From positions 11,724-75,723 of the forward strand of contig JAQXDR010000070.1 of the NCBI GenBank assembly GCA_029251265.1: a stretch of DNA of 64,000 bases, read 5' to 3'. The notes beneath the pieces were generated by a model. The model was not told the origin of the DNA and ran no database searches. It worked only from the letters and a program-made list of their open reading frames with translations. Position 1 is the first letter of the stretch; each line of letters begins with the position of its first letter. Shown in pieces: positions 39,794 through 51,511 of the stretch. This stretch comes from Pseudoprimorskyibacter sp. (GTDB lineage Bacteria; Pseudomonadota; Alphaproteobacteria; Rhodobacterales; Rhodobacteraceae). Both the position numbers and the translations under genes were made by a program.

Positions 39794-40753
39794 TTATGCT
39801 GCTAGACCGGTTGATCCCATTGCAAGGAACTTTGCCCGTCTGTTGCGCACCAATTCGTCTCTGCTGACGTTTCTCATCGATGCCAGCATATCCGCAATAC
39901 AGGTTCTCACGGCCTCTTTTGCTGCGGCAGGATCGCGATGGGCACCGCCCAAAGGCTCGGGTACGATTTTGTCGACCACCTTTAATTGGTAAAGATTTTC
40001 GGCGGTCAAACGCAGGGCTTCGGCGGCTTCGCGCGTTTTCTCGGCATCTTTCCACAAGATGGACGCACAGCCTTCGGGTGAGATAACTGAATAAACGGAA
40101 TGTTCCAACATCGCCACACGGTTGGCCGTAGCGAATGCGACCGCGCCACCTGACCCACCCTCGCCAATGATTACGGTGATCAAAGGCACACCAATTTGCA
40201 AACATTTCTCGGTTGAACGCGCAATAGCTTCTGATTGTCCACGTTCTTCGGCACCCTTACCGGGATAGGCCCCGGGTGTATCGACAAGAGTGATAACCGG
40301 TAAATTGAACCGGTCTGCCATGTCCATCAGGCGCACCGCCTTGCGGTAGCCTTCGGGGCGGGCCATGCCAAAATTCCGATCCAGACGTGTTTTGGTGTCA
40401 TGACCTTTTTCATGTCCGATAATCACAACGGGTTGGTCGTTAAACCTTGCCAACCCGCCCATGACAGCATGATCGTCAGCAAAGCCGCGATCTCCGGCCA
40501 AAGGCATGTAGTCGGTAAACAGGTGTTCAATGTAGTCTTTGCAGTGCGGTCTGTCTGGATGACGTGCCACCTTGCATTTGCGCCAAGGTGTCAGGGACTT
40601 GTAGAGGTCAACCAGCATGTCTGCCGCTTTGCGATCCAATGCTGCGGCTTCTGCTTCGATGTCGACGTCGTCATTGCCAGCGGCCATAGCGCGCAACTCT
40701 TCTGCCTTGCCTTCTATGTCCGCCAGCGGTTTTTCAAAATCGAGGTAATTCAT
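39794..40753 (-). CDS. accA: Acetyl-CoA carboxylase carboxyltransferase alpha
   Basis: [40 protein letters not shown]; start ATG 40753. Confidence 0.97.
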   Translation of the reverse strand: MNYLDFEKPLADIEGKAEELRAMAAGNDDVDIEAEAAALDRKAADMLVDLYKSLTPWRKCKVARHPDRPHCKDYIEHLFTDYMPLAGDRGFADDHAVMGGLARFNDQPVVIIGHEKGHDTKTRLDRNFGMARPEGYRKAVRLMDMADRFNLPVITLVDTPGAYPGKGAEERGQSEAIARSTEKCLQIGVPLITVIIGEGGSGGAVAFATANRVAMLEHSVYSVISPEGCASILWKDAEKTREAAEALRLTAENLYQLKVVDKIVPEPLGGAHRDPAAAKEAVRTCIADMLASMRNVSRDELVRNRRAKFLAMGSTGLAA

Positions 40754-40948
40754 AATGCCGATCCAAACCTGCCAAGTCCTGCGTTTGACTACCCATATGG
40801 CGTGCCCTGCGCGCGGATGCAAGAAAACATCAAGTCTCAGATTGCTGGAACACGTTGCGCGCGGATATCAAACGGCACAACGCCAGGCCTGTCGATTTTC
40901 TGCAAGGGGCAGCCTGTAGGACACCGGAAACAAGTGACCAATGAGACG

Positions 40949-41545
40949 TTATGTTGTCAAAAGCGCATAGCCCATCGACACAATCATAAGGCCTGCCATT
41001 GTCCAGTTGAATGCGCGCAAACGCACAGCACTGGTGAGGAAGGTCCTTAACTTCTGACCTAAAGTGACCCATGTGGTGGTTGAGATGACCGCCATGGATA
41101 AAAATGCTGACGCCACGCCCAAAAGTGCAAGCTGCGTCTGATCCGGTGCATAAATGGTGATTGCGCCAACGGACATTGTCCACGCTTTGGGGTTGACCCA
41201 TTGAAACGCAAGGGCTTGCAGAAAAGTCATGGGCTGGCCGCCTACCTTTTGATCTGACGGTGCGGCGGCATTGGCGATCTTCCAAGCCAGCCAAAGCAAA
41301 TACGCGACCGACGCAACCATCAGCGTTGTTTCCAGCCAAGGGTATTTGTCAAATAGAGCAAGCGCGCCTTGTCCAAGGATCATGATCATAACCGGCACAC
41401 CCATGCCGACACCTGCCATGTGCGGCAGGCTCCGTTTCAGTCCAAAGTTTGCGCCCGATGCCAGTAACATCATATTGTTTGGCCCTGGCGTGCCTACGGA
41501 GACAAGAGCAAAGCCCAAAAGGGCGAGGACAAGATCATAGGTCAT
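40949..41545 (-). CDS. LysE/RhtB family amino acid exporter
   Basis: TPGPNNMML, YLLWLAWKI, FQWVNPKAW. Confidence 0.92.
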   Translation of the reverse strand: MTYDLVLALLGFALVSVGTPGPNNMMLLASGANFGLKRSLPHMAGVGMGVPVMIMILGQGALALFDKYPWLETTLMVASVAYLLWLAWKIANAAAPSDQKVGGQPMTFLQALAFQWVNPKAWTMSVGAITIYAPDQTQLALLGVASAFLSMAVISTTTWVTLGQKLRTFLTSAVRLRAFNWTMAGLMIVSMGYALLTT

Positions 41546-41738
41546 ACGTCAATAACCGCTACACAAAAAGCCACGTTCAGATTTTTGGAGTAATCAGATA
41601 GACTTTGGCTTGTCTAGCACCTTTCCCCAAGACAGGCCGTCGCTTTCATGAAAAGCGCGGAAACATTTGCTCCCTGCGTCTTCATTGATTTGTCCGCATT
41701 TGCTGTGCGGCGGTATGCTGTGCCTGTGCAACGTGACG

Positions 41739-42953
41739 CTATTGCATGAGCTTGGGAAGGTCCCCGTTCAAACCAGCTGCTTCGCGGATTGCAGTACGTC
41801 GCGCTGAAGGAAGCGCATTTACCAATCCCATACCAAGGTCTCGTCCCATGCGCAGAAGGGCATTATCATTAGAAAAGAGCCGGTTGAACAAATCGGTCGC
41901 CGTGGCGAGTGCGGCTGTATCAAAACTGCGCCATTGTGCGTAGCGACTCAATACGGCTGGTGATGCAATATCTTCGCCGTGCTGATGCGCCGTGATCAAC
42001 ACTTCACTAAGTGCAGCGACATCGCGCAGACCAGCATTCAGCCCCTGTCCGGCGATGGGATGCACGCCGTGGGCTGCATCACCTGCCAAGGCAACACGGG
42101 GCCCTGTAAACGATCGCGCGATCGTCAGGTTCAAGGGATACACATGCCTTGGCCCGCAAAGTTCGATAGCGCCGAGAAAATCGCCAAAACGGGGGCGTAG
42201 CACTTGAAGGTAGTCGTTATCTGGTAACCGATGAATAGCATTGGCAAGATTATGTTGTTCGGTCCAAACAATTGAACTGCGATTGCCCGGAAGAGGCAGG
42301 ATCGCCAGCGGACCCGATGGCATAAAAAACTGATGTGCGATCCCGTTATGGGGGGCTTCATGTGCGATTGCGCATACCAAGGCGGTTTGCTTGTAATCCC
42401 AGCCCATGCGTGTGATCCCTGCGCGGGCTGCTGTGCTGCTTTGGCGACCATCTGCTCCCACAATCAGGGTTGTGGTCACAACAGAGCCATCATCGAGCGT
42501 CAGGCTGGCGCCCTGAGCGGTGATCGTCTGGGCCACAACCCGGGTGCCAGAGAGATGGGTGATGTCCGGGTGTCTGTCGATCATCTGCATCATTGTGCGA
42601 CGCAGATACCGATCCTCAAGCATGCTCCCCATCGGGCCGTCTTCGATTTCATCAGACGAGAAGTGCAGCCCAAGAAACGCTGCGCCATCGCCTTGACGGC
42701 CATCCGTGACTTTGATGTCATTCATATTTTGTGCGTATTCTGCCACGTGTTGCCAGATACCCAGGGCGTTTAGCATACGCCGCGAGGCAAGGGCGAGCGC
42801 ATAGGCGCGCCCGTCAAATTTCGCGTTGGCGCGCGTGTCCATTGATTGCGCATCGACCACAACACATTTCAGCCCCGCCTTGGCGCAGGCCAACGCCAGC
42901 ACTGGACCAATCAGTCCACCACCAACGATTGCAATATCTGAATTCAAGCTCAT
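41739..42953 (-). CDS. UbiH/UbiL/COQ6-family FAD-dependent ubiquinone hydroxylase
   Basis: VGGGLIG, GADGRQS, GDAAHGVHPIAGQGLNAGLRD; start ATG 42953. Confidence 0.9.
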   Translation of the reverse strand: MSLNSDIAIVGGGLIGPVLALACAKAGLKCVVVDAQSMDTRANAKFDGRAYALALASRRMLNALGIWQHVAEYAQNMNDIKVTDGRQGDGAAFLGLHFSSDEIEDGPMGSMLEDRYLRRTMMQMIDRHPDITHLSGTRVVAQTITAQGASLTLDDGSVVTTTLIVGADGRQSSTAARAGITRMGWDYKQTALVCAIAHEAPHNGIAHQFFMPSGPLAILPLPGNRSSIVWTEQHNLANAIHRLPDNDYLQVLRPRFGDFLGAIELCGPRHVYPLNLTIARSFTGPRVALAGDAAHGVHPIAGQGLNAGLRDVAALSEVLITAHQHGEDIASPAVLSRYAQWRSFDTAALATATDLFNRLFSNDNALLRMGRDLGMGLVNALPSARRTAIREAAGLNGDLPKLMQ

Positions 42954-43036
42954 ACACCCAATATGGATGCTTGCGTGGCATTGTCCATGCGCCCGGCTGC
43001 CGCTAGCGTGGATATCACCATAAGGAGATTGCAACC

Positions 43037-44365
43037 ATGATCGATTGGACTGTTGTAAGCGCGACGCACCTGGGTGCAGCCATTGAACGGGGCGAGGCTG
43101 ACCCAGAGGCGGTAACGCTGGCCTATCTCAATAAAATTGCGCAACATCCTCTGCGAGATCGTATCTACGCGCGCCTAACGCCGGAACGTGCGATGTCCGA
43201 AGCCCGTGCATCGGCACAGCGTGCACGGGATGGCCGTCGTAAATCTAGGTTGGATGGCGTGCCGGTCAGTTGGAAAGACTTGTTTGACACAGCCGGGATT
43301 GCAACCGAGGCAGGCTCGGCTCTTTTGGCGGGACGGGTGCCGGGTCATGATGCCGATGTTCTTAGCACGGCAACGGCTTTGGGGCTGGTGTGTCTTGGCA
43401 AAACGCATATGTCTGAACTGGCGTTCTCGGGCTTGGGTCTGAATCCGATGACGGCTACAGCGCCTTGTATCCACGATACTGAGGCCGTGTCGGGTGGGTC
43501 GTCATCCGGAGCTGCCGCATCGGTGGCCTTTGGATTGGCAGCGGCGGCAGTCGGGTCGGATACAGGGGGGTCTGTCCGCATTCCGGCGGCATGGAATGAT
43601 CTGGTTGGGCTCAAAACGACCACTGGTGTGATTCCTCTGACCGGTGTGGTTCCACTGTGTGAGAAATTTGACACCGTCGGGCCTTTGACGCGAACGGTTG
43701 CAGATGCAGCAGCCGTGTATGCTGCATTGACGGGTACGGCCGACATAGATCTAACGGGCGCAGATCTTCGCGGAGTACGTCTGGCCAGCCTGCAAACCTT
43801 GGTCATGGACGATATACGGGATGCGCCACGCGCGGCCTATGCTTCTGCGGTAGAAAGGCTGGCTGCTGCTGGCGCTGAGATTGAGCCGATTGATGCCCCA
43901 GAGCTTGAATCCCCTATGGCGCAATCTGCTTTGCTGTATACCGCTGAGGCGTGGGGAATTTGGGGGCAAACCATTATGGCAAACCCTGATGCCATGTTCG
44001 AGCCCATCCGGGATCGTTTTATAGCCGGTGCGGATTACAAGGCGTCTGATTACGTCAAGGCGTGGCGTGAAGTGCATCAAGCCAGAGAGATTTGGGCCGT
44101 GCGGACAGCAGGGTTTGACGCCGTGATTTGCCCAACAGCGCCTATTTTGCCCCCAAAGGCAGGCCAGTTGATGACCGACAACAACTATTATGTCGCTGAA
44201 AACCTTTTGGCGCTGCGGAATACCCGCGTTGGCAATTTGATGGGAACATGTGCTTTGACCTTGCCGACGGGCGTGCCAAGCTGTGGGTTGCAGCTGATTG
44301 GTAACCCCCTGCAAGAGGCCCGTTTGTTGCGATTGGGACATGCTGCAGAGGCCGCACTGGCGTAA
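43037..44365 (+). CDS. Amidase signature family protein
   Basis: GVPVSWKD, GGSSSGAA, GSDTGGSVRIPA. Confidence 0.93.
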   Translation: MIDWTVVSATHLGAAIERGEADPEAVTLAYLNKIAQHPLRDRIYARLTPERAMSEARASAQRARDGRRKSRLDGVPVSWKDLFDTAGIATEAGSALLAGRVPGHDADVLSTATALGLVCLGKTHMSELAFSGLGLNPMTATAPCIHDTEAVSGGSSSGAAASVAFGLAAAAVGSDTGGSVRIPAAWNDLVGLKTTTGVIPLTGVVPLCEKFDTVGPLTRTVADAAAVYAALTGTADIDLTGADLRGVRLASLQTLVMDDIRDAPRAAYASAVERLAAAGAEIEPIDAPELESPMAQSALLYTAEAWGIWGQTIMANPDAMFEPIRDRFIAGADYKASDYVKAWREVHQAREIWAVRTAGFDAVICPTAPILPPKAGQLMTDNNYYVAENLLALRNTRVGNLMGTCALTLPTGVPSCGLQLIGNPLQEARLLRLGHAAEAALA

Positions 44366-44488
44366 TTTCGCGTGGCTTTTTGGCCGCAAGCGGCATGGCG
44401 GCCATGCTTTATCTGGACCCAAGCAGCTATTTTGCCTAGTATTACCCAAAAGGTGGGGCAAAAGATCCCGCAACTCGAGGCAGAACAG

Positions 44489-45670
44489 ATGTTTCCAGAC
44501 CGGTTTTCGGACCTACCGGCCTACGCGTTTCCGCGATTGCGGGCGCTGTTGGACCACCATGCACCAGGCGGATCCGCCCGGCACATGACCATTGGCGAAC
44601 CACGGCACGCTTTTCCCGATTTTGTCGGAAACGTTCTGGCGCAACATGTCCACGAGTTTAACCGCTATCCCCCAAATGAGGGGGCACCAGAATTGTTGGA
44701 GGCCATTGGCAAGTGGTTGACGCGCCGCTTTGAGGTCACTGTGGACGCAGATCGCCAGGTGATGGCGCTGAATGGAACGCGAGAAGGGCTATACAATGCC
44801 GGTATGGCGTTGGTTTCTAGCGAGACCGCCGGAAAGCGTTCGGTGGTACTGATACCAAACCCGTTCTATCAGGTCTACATGATCGCAGCCATGTCGGTTG
44901 CGGCAGAGCCGGTCTTTGTGTCCGCGACCGAAGCCACTGGATATTTGCCAGATTACGCCAGTCTGTCGCCTGATATTCTGAATAGGACCGCAGCAGCCTA
45001 TATTTGCTCGCCATCTAACCCACAGGGCGCTGTGGCAAGTCGTGAGTATCTGGATACTTTGATCCAGTTGGCTGAAAAGTATGATTTCCAGATTTTTGCA
45101 GATGAATGTTATTCCGAGATTTACCGCGATGTGCCACCTGTGGGCGCACTGTCTCGCGCCCAGGCATTAGGTGCGGACCCTGAACGGGTGGTGGTTTTTC
45201 ATTCATTGAGCAAGCGTTCGAATTTGCCGGGTCTGCGATCTGGGTTCATGGCGGGTGGGCCGGAGACCATCGCTCGTGCAAGACAGCTGCGCGCCTATTC
45301 TGGTGCGCCTTTGCCACTGCCGTTGCAACGCGTGGCCACTGCCGCATGGCAAGACGAAGATCACGTTCAGGAAAACCGGGCATTATATCAGTCAAAATAC
45401 CGTCGTGCCGACGAGATTTTTGACGGAGTCACAGGGTATTCACCGCCCCAAGCTGGGTTTTTTCTATGGCTTCCTGTTGAAAATGGCGAGGCAGCGGCAG
45501 TGCGGCTTTGGAGCGAAACGGGCGTGCGTGTGCTGCCCGGAGCGTATCTGGCGCATCAAACCGAGACTGGCACGCCGGGCAACGACAGAATTCGCGTTGC
45601 TATGGTGGATTACGAAGAAGACTGCGTTCAGGGGCTACAGATGATCCGTAGCACACTGTTTGGCGACTGA
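44489..45670 (+). CDS. Class I/II PLP aminotransferase (succinyl-diaminopimelate aminotransferase DapC-like)
   Basis: [48 protein letters not shown]; start ATG 44489. Confidence 0.85.
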   Translation: MFPDRFSDLPAYAFPRLRALLDHHAPGGSARHMTIGEPRHAFPDFVGNVLAQHVHEFNRYPPNEGAPELLEAIGKWLTRRFEVTVDADRQVMALNGTREGLYNAGMALVSSETAGKRSVVLIPNPFYQVYMIAAMSVAAEPVFVSATEATGYLPDYASLSPDILNRTAAAYICSPSNPQGAVASREYLDTLIQLAEKYDFQIFADECYSEIYRDVPPVGALSRAQALGADPERVVVFHSLSKRSNLPGLRSGFMAGGPETIARARQLRAYSGAPLPLPLQRVATAAWQDEDHVQENRALYQSKYRRADEIFDGVTGYSPPQAGFFLWLPVENGEAAAVRLWSETGVRVLPGAYLAHQTETGTPGNDRIRVAMVDYEEDCVQGLQMIRSTLFGD

Positions 45671-45692
45671 ACGGTTACGAGGGAACGACACG

Positions 45693-48395
45693 ATGGCATT
45701 GCATATCGGCGAACAACAGACTTTGGTAGATCGCAGTACCCAGGCCGCATTAGAGCGCCGCGGTCGCGAACTGCTTGGCCTTGCTCTTGGGCTCGTGGGC
45801 TTTTTGCTTGTTGCGATGCTGGTGTCTTATCATCCTGCCGATCCAAGCCCGTTTTCGGCGACCTCTCAGGCGACGCGAAACTGGGTTGGTGATCTTGGGG
45901 CCTATGTGGCTGCGCTGATCATGATGATGGTGGGCTGGGGGGGCTGGGCCATTCCTGTTTTGCTGATTGTCTGGGGTGTGCGACTTGGGTTGCACCGAGG
46001 GGACGGACGCCTGCCAAATGCCTTGGTGTTTGGCCCCGTTTGGGTTGTTGTTGCAGCGGTTTACGCGGCCGGTCACCCGCCACCTGCTGGCTGGACATAC
46101 GGTTTTGGGCCGGGAGGCTTTTTGGGTGACATTATTATGGGTCCCTTGCTAAGCCTCGTGCCTCTTTCTATCGGCTTAAGCCTGACCGTAGTGCAAATCG
46201 GACTTGGCATCTTTTTATTGTTGTTGGGCAGCTTTGTCTTGGGCTTCACAATTGGCGACTTGTGGCGGGGTTTTTGTTTTCTTGGCTCCAGCCTGCTGTT
46301 GATCTGTGTCATGTTCCTGCGTCTCGTTGGGATCTACCGGCCGGGTGTCAGAGTTGCGCCACAGCCGACGTCTTGTGAGAGTGTAATCGACGATGCGCCT
46401 GAGATGACGCAGCTTCCGTTGGTTGGCAGGCGCGTCCCATTTATGTCGCGTCTGAGGCGCACACATCCGGTGGCGGATGGTATTCCGTCTGAACTGGTCG
46501 ATGTCGACAGGTCTGATTTGCGGGTGTCCGCGCCTGCTCCGGATCGCATCGCAAGCCGCATCGGAGAGGCCATTCGTAGCCGTCCTGCGCGTATGGGGAT
46601 ATCAGACGATACGTTTTCGTTAGGTCCGGACCCTTTAGTCATTGAAACAGATGGGCGCCGCGAACCTAGTTTGGGTGCTCTGGGTTCTGATCTGGGCATG
46701 GATGGCGTGCAGGCATCCCAAAGCGACAGCATGTTGACTGCCACGACAGAGCCTGACAGCGCAGGATTGGCAATGTCGCGCAAGCTTGTTCAACCCGTTC
46801 AAAAACGAGCGCCCTTATCACGTCAGGCGCAGGCCGAAGCACAACCAGATCTTTTTGCGGAAGGCAGCAAACAAGAAGGCTTTGAATTGCCACCCTTGGG
46901 TTTGTTGATGAACCCAGATCAGATCGAACGCTATGTGCTGTCCGATGATGCGCTGGAACAAAACGCGCGTATGCTTGAGGCGGTGCTGGATGACTATGGT
47001 GTGAAGGGCGAGATCGTAAGCGTTCGCCCCGGTCCCGTGGTCACAATGTACGAACTGGAGCCTGCACCAGGTTTGAAAGCCAGCCGTGTTATTGGACTGG
47101 CGGATGATATCGCACGGTCCATGTCAGCTTTATCCGCGCGTGTCAGCACCCTTCCTGGGCGCAGTGTGATCGGGATTGAACTCCCAAATGACAAACGCGA
47201 GATGGTCAGTTTTCGCGAAATCTTAGCTGCGCGTGACTACGGAGACGGTAAACACAAACTTCCCCTAGCCTTGGGCAAGGACATCGGTGGGGATCCCGTA
47301 GTGGCCAATCTTGCCAAGATGCCACATTTGCTTATTGCGGGCACAACCGGTTCGGGTAAGTCAGTTGCGATCAATACAATGATCCTGTCGCTATTGTACA
47401 AACTGTCCCCTGCGGATTGCCGGATGATCATGATTGACCCCAAGATGCTTGAGCTGAGTGTCTATGATGGGATCCCGCATCTGCTGAGCCCCGTTGTGAC
47501 GGACCCGAAAAAGGCGGTTGTTGCGCTGAAATGGGTCGTGGCCGAGATGGAGGACCGCTATACCAAGATGTCCAAAATGGGCGTCCGCAACATAGATGGC
47601 TACAACAGCCGCGTCGAGGATGCCCTGAGTCGGGGCGAAATGTTCAGTCGTACGATGCAAACGGGTTTTGATGACGAAACCGGGGATCCCGTATTTGAAA
47701 CAGAAGAATTTGAGCCCAAGAAACTGCCCTTTATTGTCGTCATTGTCGATGAAATGGCAGATTTGATGATGGTCGCAGGCAAAGAGATCGAAGCCTGCAT
47801 CCAACGTCTGGCTCAGATGGCGCGGGCCTCTGGGATTCACCTGATTATGGCCACGCAAAGACCGTCTGTTGATGTGATTACCGGCACGATCAAAGCCAAC
47901 TTTCCAACAAGGATCAGTTTTCAGGTTACCTCGAAAATCGATAGCCGTACCATTCTTGGTGAAATGGGCGCAGAGCAGCTTTTGGGCATGGGCGACATGC
48001 TTTACATGGGCAACGGGGCTAAGATTACACGGTGCCACGGTCCTTTTGTCAGTGACGAGGAAGTGGAAGAGGTAGTCACACATCTGAAAGCCTTTGGATC
48101 ACCTGACTATGTCAATGGCGTCGTAGACGGTCCCAATGAAGAACAAACTGCTGATATTGACGCTGTTTTGGGCCTGAACGCAGGTGGTAATACTGGTGGT
48201 GAGGACGCCCTTTATGATCAGGCTGTGGCGATTGTTCTGCGGGATCGTAAATGTTCCACAAGCTACATTCAGCGCAAATTGGGGATCGGTTACAATAAGG
48301 CTGCACGTCTGGTCGAGCAGATGGAAGACGAACGCGTGGTTAGCGGGTCCAACCATGTTGGAAAACGCGAGATCCTCGTCCCTGAACAAACCTGA
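45693..48395 (+). CDS. ftsK: DNA translocase FtsK
   Basis: N-terminal TM domain, [30 protein letters not shown]-terminal gamma domain. Confidence 0.97.
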   Translation: MALHIGEQQTLVDRSTQAALERRGRELLGLALGLVGFLLVAMLVSYHPADPSPFSATSQATRNWVGDLGAYVAALIMMMVGWGGWAIPVLLIVWGVRLGLHRGDGRLPNALVFGPVWVVVAAVYAAGHPPPAGWTYGFGPGGFLGDIIMGPLLSLVPLSIGLSLTVVQIGLGIFLLLLGSFVLGFTIGDLWRGFCFLGSSLLLICVMFLRLVGIYRPGVRVAPQPTSCESVIDDAPEMTQLPLVGRRVPFMSRLRRTHPVADGIPSELVDVDRSDLRVSAPAPDRIASRIGEAIRSRPARMGISDDTFSLGPDPLVIETDGRREPSLGALGSDLGMDGVQASQSDSMLTATTEPDSAGLAMSRKLVQPVQKRAPLSRQAQAEAQPDLFAEGSKQEGFELPPLGLLMNPDQIERYVLSDDALEQNARMLEAVLDDYGVKGEIVSVRPGPVVTMYELEPAPGLKASRVIGLADDIARSMSALSARVSTLPGRSVIGIELPNDKREMVSFREILAARDYGDGKHKLPLALGKDIGGDPVVANLAKMPHLLIAGTTGSGKSVAINTMILSLLYKLSPADCRMIMIDPKMLELSVYDGIPHLLSPVVTDPKKAVVALKWVVAEMEDRYTKMSKMGVRNIDGYNSRVEDALSRGEMFSRTMQTGFDDETGDPVFETEEFEPKKLPFIVVIVDEMADLMMVAGKEIEACIQRLAQMARASGIHLIMATQRPSVDVITGTIKANFPTRISFQVTSKIDSRTILGEMGAEQLLGMGDMLYMGNGAKITRCHGPFVSDEEVEEVVTHLKAFGSPDYVNGVVDGPNEEQTADIDAVLGLNAGGNTGGEDALYDQAVAIVLRDRKCSTSYIQRKLGIGYNKAARLVEQMEDERVVSGSNHVGKREILVPEQT

Positions 48396-48525
48396 ACCCG
48401 CTGTGTTGGCGACAGATCGCGCATGGAATAGATTGTTATCGCATATCGTTCAAAGATCTGGCACCAGAAGCGCCAGCAGGCTGGCCTGATTAATGGTGGG
48501 GCCAGTCGCCAAACCGGAGGTATCA

Positions 48526-49122
48526 ATGCGCTTTTTGGCGTCTATTCTATTTGTCTGGATCGGCTTTTTTGCACATGTCGCACAGGCGCAACCCATCGAT
48601 TTGGACACCTTGTCAGAATATTTAACGGGTCTCGGATCTGTCCAAACCACATTTACCCAGATTAATGGGGATGGCTCGGTGTCAACAGGGGTGTTTCAAT
48701 TGCGCCGCCCGGGACGCATGCGTTTTGAATACGACCCACCTGACGAGGCGCTGATTGTCGCTGGGGCAGGTACCATCGCAATCGTGGACAAGGCATTAGG
48801 GACATCAAATCAATATGCCTTGCGCCGGACACCTTTGAAACTGTTGTTAGCGCGACGGGTAGATTTAACGGACACGGACGCTGTGGTCGATCACTACGAG
48901 TCTGATGGCCTTACCGTTGTCACTGCCCAGGATCCGAAAATGCCTGAAATTGGGTCAATGGATCTGGTGTTTGCAACGGCCCCCCTTCAATTGAAGCAGT
49001 GGCGCATACGGGATGAAACAGGGGGGGAAACCCTGGTTCTACTCGACGCCTTCGATACCGATGTAGATTTGCCTCTGCGGATGTTCAATATCCGCGATAT
49101 TGTGTCACAATATCAGGACTAG
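48526..49122 (+). CDS. lolA: Outer-membrane lipoprotein carrier LolA
   Basis: Signal peptide, FTQ, RPGRMRFEYDPP, TPL; follows ftsK; GGAGG SD before ATG 48526. Confidence 0.88.
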   Translation: MRFLASILFVWIGFFAHVAQAQPIDLDTLSEYLTGLGSVQTTFTQINGDGSVSTGVFQLRRPGRMRFEYDPPDEALIVAGAGTIAIVDKALGTSNQYALRRTPLKLLLARRVDLTDTDAVVDHYESDGLTVVTAQDPKMPEIGSMDLVFATAPLQLKQWRIRDETGGETLVLLDAFDTDVDLPLRMFNIRDIVSQYQD

Positions 49123-49147
49123 GGTGTGGACTTTGCAGTGGTCAATC

Positions 49148-50239
49148 TTAGGCCCTCACGTGTGTGATGGACTGTTGATCTACACGTAAATACTGACCAC
49201 GCGAGCCTAAGGCATCAAACAGGCTTTGCTCGGTTCCGGTCATCCATGCCTGACTGCCAAGGGCACAAATTTCATCGAAAAGAGCGGCTCTGCGGTCTGG
49301 ATCCAGATGCGCTGCAACCTCGTCCAATAACAGGATCGGAGGGGATCCTGTATCCGCAACAAGGGCCCGCCCGTTTGCAAGAATGAGCGAAATCAGCAAT
49401 GCTTTTTGTTCCCCGGTAGAGCAATCATATGCTGGACAATCCTTAGCCTGATAGTGACCATAAAGATCCACGCGATGCGGTCCAATGCGGCTGCGACCGG
49501 CGGCCATGTCTTTTGGGCGAGCATCGGCAAGAGCATGCCTCAGATCAGCCTCAGTGACAGGCAGTGGGATGTCAGGGTGTGTCAGAGTCAGCCTGGCCGT
49601 AGGAAATTGAGTTTCGGAAAAATTCTGTGCCGAGATCAGTTTGGTGAGTGCTGCTGCACGATTTGCAGTGATCTGTGCCCCTGCCTTTGCCATTTGTGCC
49701 TCAAGCGCCTGATACCATCCAGAATCACGCTGACCATCCCGAAGTAATCTATTCCGTTCGCGCATCGCTTTTTCATAGCCTAGGACAGATTCGCCATGTG
49801 CTGGATGAAAACTGAGTGTCATCCGGTCCAGAAATCTGCGCCGCCCTTCTGCGCCCTCGATCCAAAGTCGGTCCATTGAGGGTACCAACCACAGCACGCG
49901 AGACAATCGCCCCAGATCTAGTTGCGTCGCAGGTTTTTCATCGATCCGCAAACTGCGCGCTGCACCATCTCGAGAGCGCATAGCAATATCTCTTGGCCGA
50001 TCTGAACCATATAAAAGTCCCGAAACAGACCATCCTTCGGCCCTATGCTGTGTCATTTCCGCAGCAGAGGCTCTGCGCATTCCCCGGCCAGGCGAAAACA
50101 GGGAGACGGCTTCTAACAGATTGGTCTTTCCGGTGCCATTGGACCCAAATATCGCAATCGGACCTGACTGAGTGGATAGGCTCAGCGCTGAATAAGACCG
50201 AAACCGCGCAAGGCGTATTGATTCCAGATAAAGCATCAC
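49148..50239 (-). CDS. recF: DNA replication/repair protein RecF
   Basis: FRSY, GSNGTGKTNLLEA, RRRFLDR, GPHRVD, STGEQK, LLLDEVAAHLD. Confidence 0.96.
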   Translation of the reverse strand: MMLYLESIRLARFRSYSALSLSTQSGPIAIFGSNGTGKTNLLEAVSLFSPGRGMRRASAAEMTQHRAEGWSVSGLLYGSDRPRDIAMRSRDGAARSLRIDEKPATQLDLGRLSRVLWLVPSMDRLWIEGAEGRRRFLDRMTLSFHPAHGESVLGYEKAMRERNRLLRDGQRDSGWYQALEAQMAKAGAQITANRAAALTKLISAQNFSETQFPTARLTLTHPDIPLPVTEADLRHALADARPKDMAAGRSRIGPHRVDLYGHYQAKDCPAYDCSTGEQKALLISLILANGRALVADTGSPPILLLDEVAAHLDPDRRAALFDEICALGSQAWMTGTEQSLFDALGSRGQYLRVDQQSITHVRA

Positions 50240-50265
50240 AGCCTAGGTTGCATGATGATATGCAA

Positions 50266-51384
50266 TTAGACGCGCATCGGCATGACCACGTAGACAGCCG
50301 TCGTATCATTTCCTTCGCGCATAAGCGTGGGGTCACCGGCCGAGTTGAACAGGAAAACAGCGTTTTCGCGGTCTACTTGGCTTGCAATCTCAAGTAAATA
50401 TTTCGCGTTAAAGCCAATCTCGAGCCGCTCGTCACTATAAGCAACGGCAAGCTCTTCCTCCGCGGCGCCGCTGTCGGGCGCGTTGACTGACAAAACCAGC
50501 TGATCTTCTTCCAATGTCAGTTTAACCGCCCGCGATCGTTCAGAGCTAACCGTAGCGACACGGTCTACTGCTTTGGCAAAGTCAGCCGCGTCGACCTCGA
50601 GCCGGCGCGTATTGCCCACCGGTATCACCCTAGAGTAATCTGGGAATGTTCCGTCAATGACCTTTGAGGTCAGCGTGATATCTGGCGTGGCGAATCTGAT
50701 CTTGGTTTCGGACACGCTGACCGCGATATCCATATCGTCCTCGTCCAAAAGCTTTCGCAGTTCGCCCACAGTTTTCCGAGGAACAATTACGCCCGGCATT
50801 GCGTCGCATCCGATTGGCAATTCGGCATCGATCCGGGCGAGACGATGGCCATCCGTGGCGACGCACCGCAACACTTGACCGCCATCAATATCTGCTATGT
50901 GCATGTATACGCCGTTCAGATAGTAGCGCGTTTCCTCGGTAGAGATAGCAAATTTGGATTTATCAAACAATCGGCGCAGGATGGCGGCTTTGCACGAAAA
51001 GTTTGACGCATATTCCGAAGACGCCATCACCGGAAAATCTTCGCGCGGTAATGTCGCAAGAGAAAAATTCGAGCGTCCCGCGTCCACTGTCAACCGGCCG
51101 GTCGTCATATCATCTGTCAATGTGACAAGCGCACCGTCAGGAAGTTTACGCACAATATCATGCAGGGTAACTGCGCTGACGGTGGTTGCGCCGACGCGCT
51201 CTACCATTGCGGCGGCTCGATCCACAACCTCGATGTCCAGATCGGTCGCGCGGAACTGCACGGCTGCTCCCTCGGCCTCGATCAACACATTTGCAAGGAT
51301 CGGAATGGTATTGCGCCGTTCCACTACGGACTGCGCTTGGGCAACGGCTTTCAGCAAAACCGCTCTTTCTATGCTGAATTTCAT
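50266..51384 (-). CDS. dnaN: DNA polymerase III beta clamp
   Basis: RRNTIPILANV, ATDLD, RYYLNG, ATDGHRLA, VVMPMRV. Confidence 0.98.
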   Translation of the reverse strand: MKFSIERAVLLKAVAQAQSVVERRNTIPILANVLIEAEGAAVQFRATDLDIEVVDRAAAMVERVGATTVSAVTLHDIVRKLPDGALVTLTDDMTTGRLTVDAGRSNFSLATLPREDFPVMASSEYASNFSCKAAILRRLFDKSKFAISTEETRYYLNGVYMHIADIDGGQVLRCVATDGHRLARIDAELPIGCDAMPGVIVPRKTVGELRKLLDEDDMDIAVSVSETKIRFATPDITLTSKVIDGTFPDYSRVIPVGNTRRLEVDAADFAKAVDRVATVSSERSRAVKLTLEEDQLVLSVNAPDSGAAEEELAVAYSDERLEIGFNAKYLLEIASQVDRENAVFLFNSAGDPTLMREGNDTTAVYVVMPMRV

Positions 51385-51511
51385 CGCAATGTCCTTCCCA
51401 AATACCCTGCAGCCATCCCACGGATACTACACCCGTCGCAAGTTTGTTTACACTATTTCCGGCAGGGTCAAGATCTGGCGTTCTTCTCAAATGCAGGTTG
51501 TTGCTTGATGG

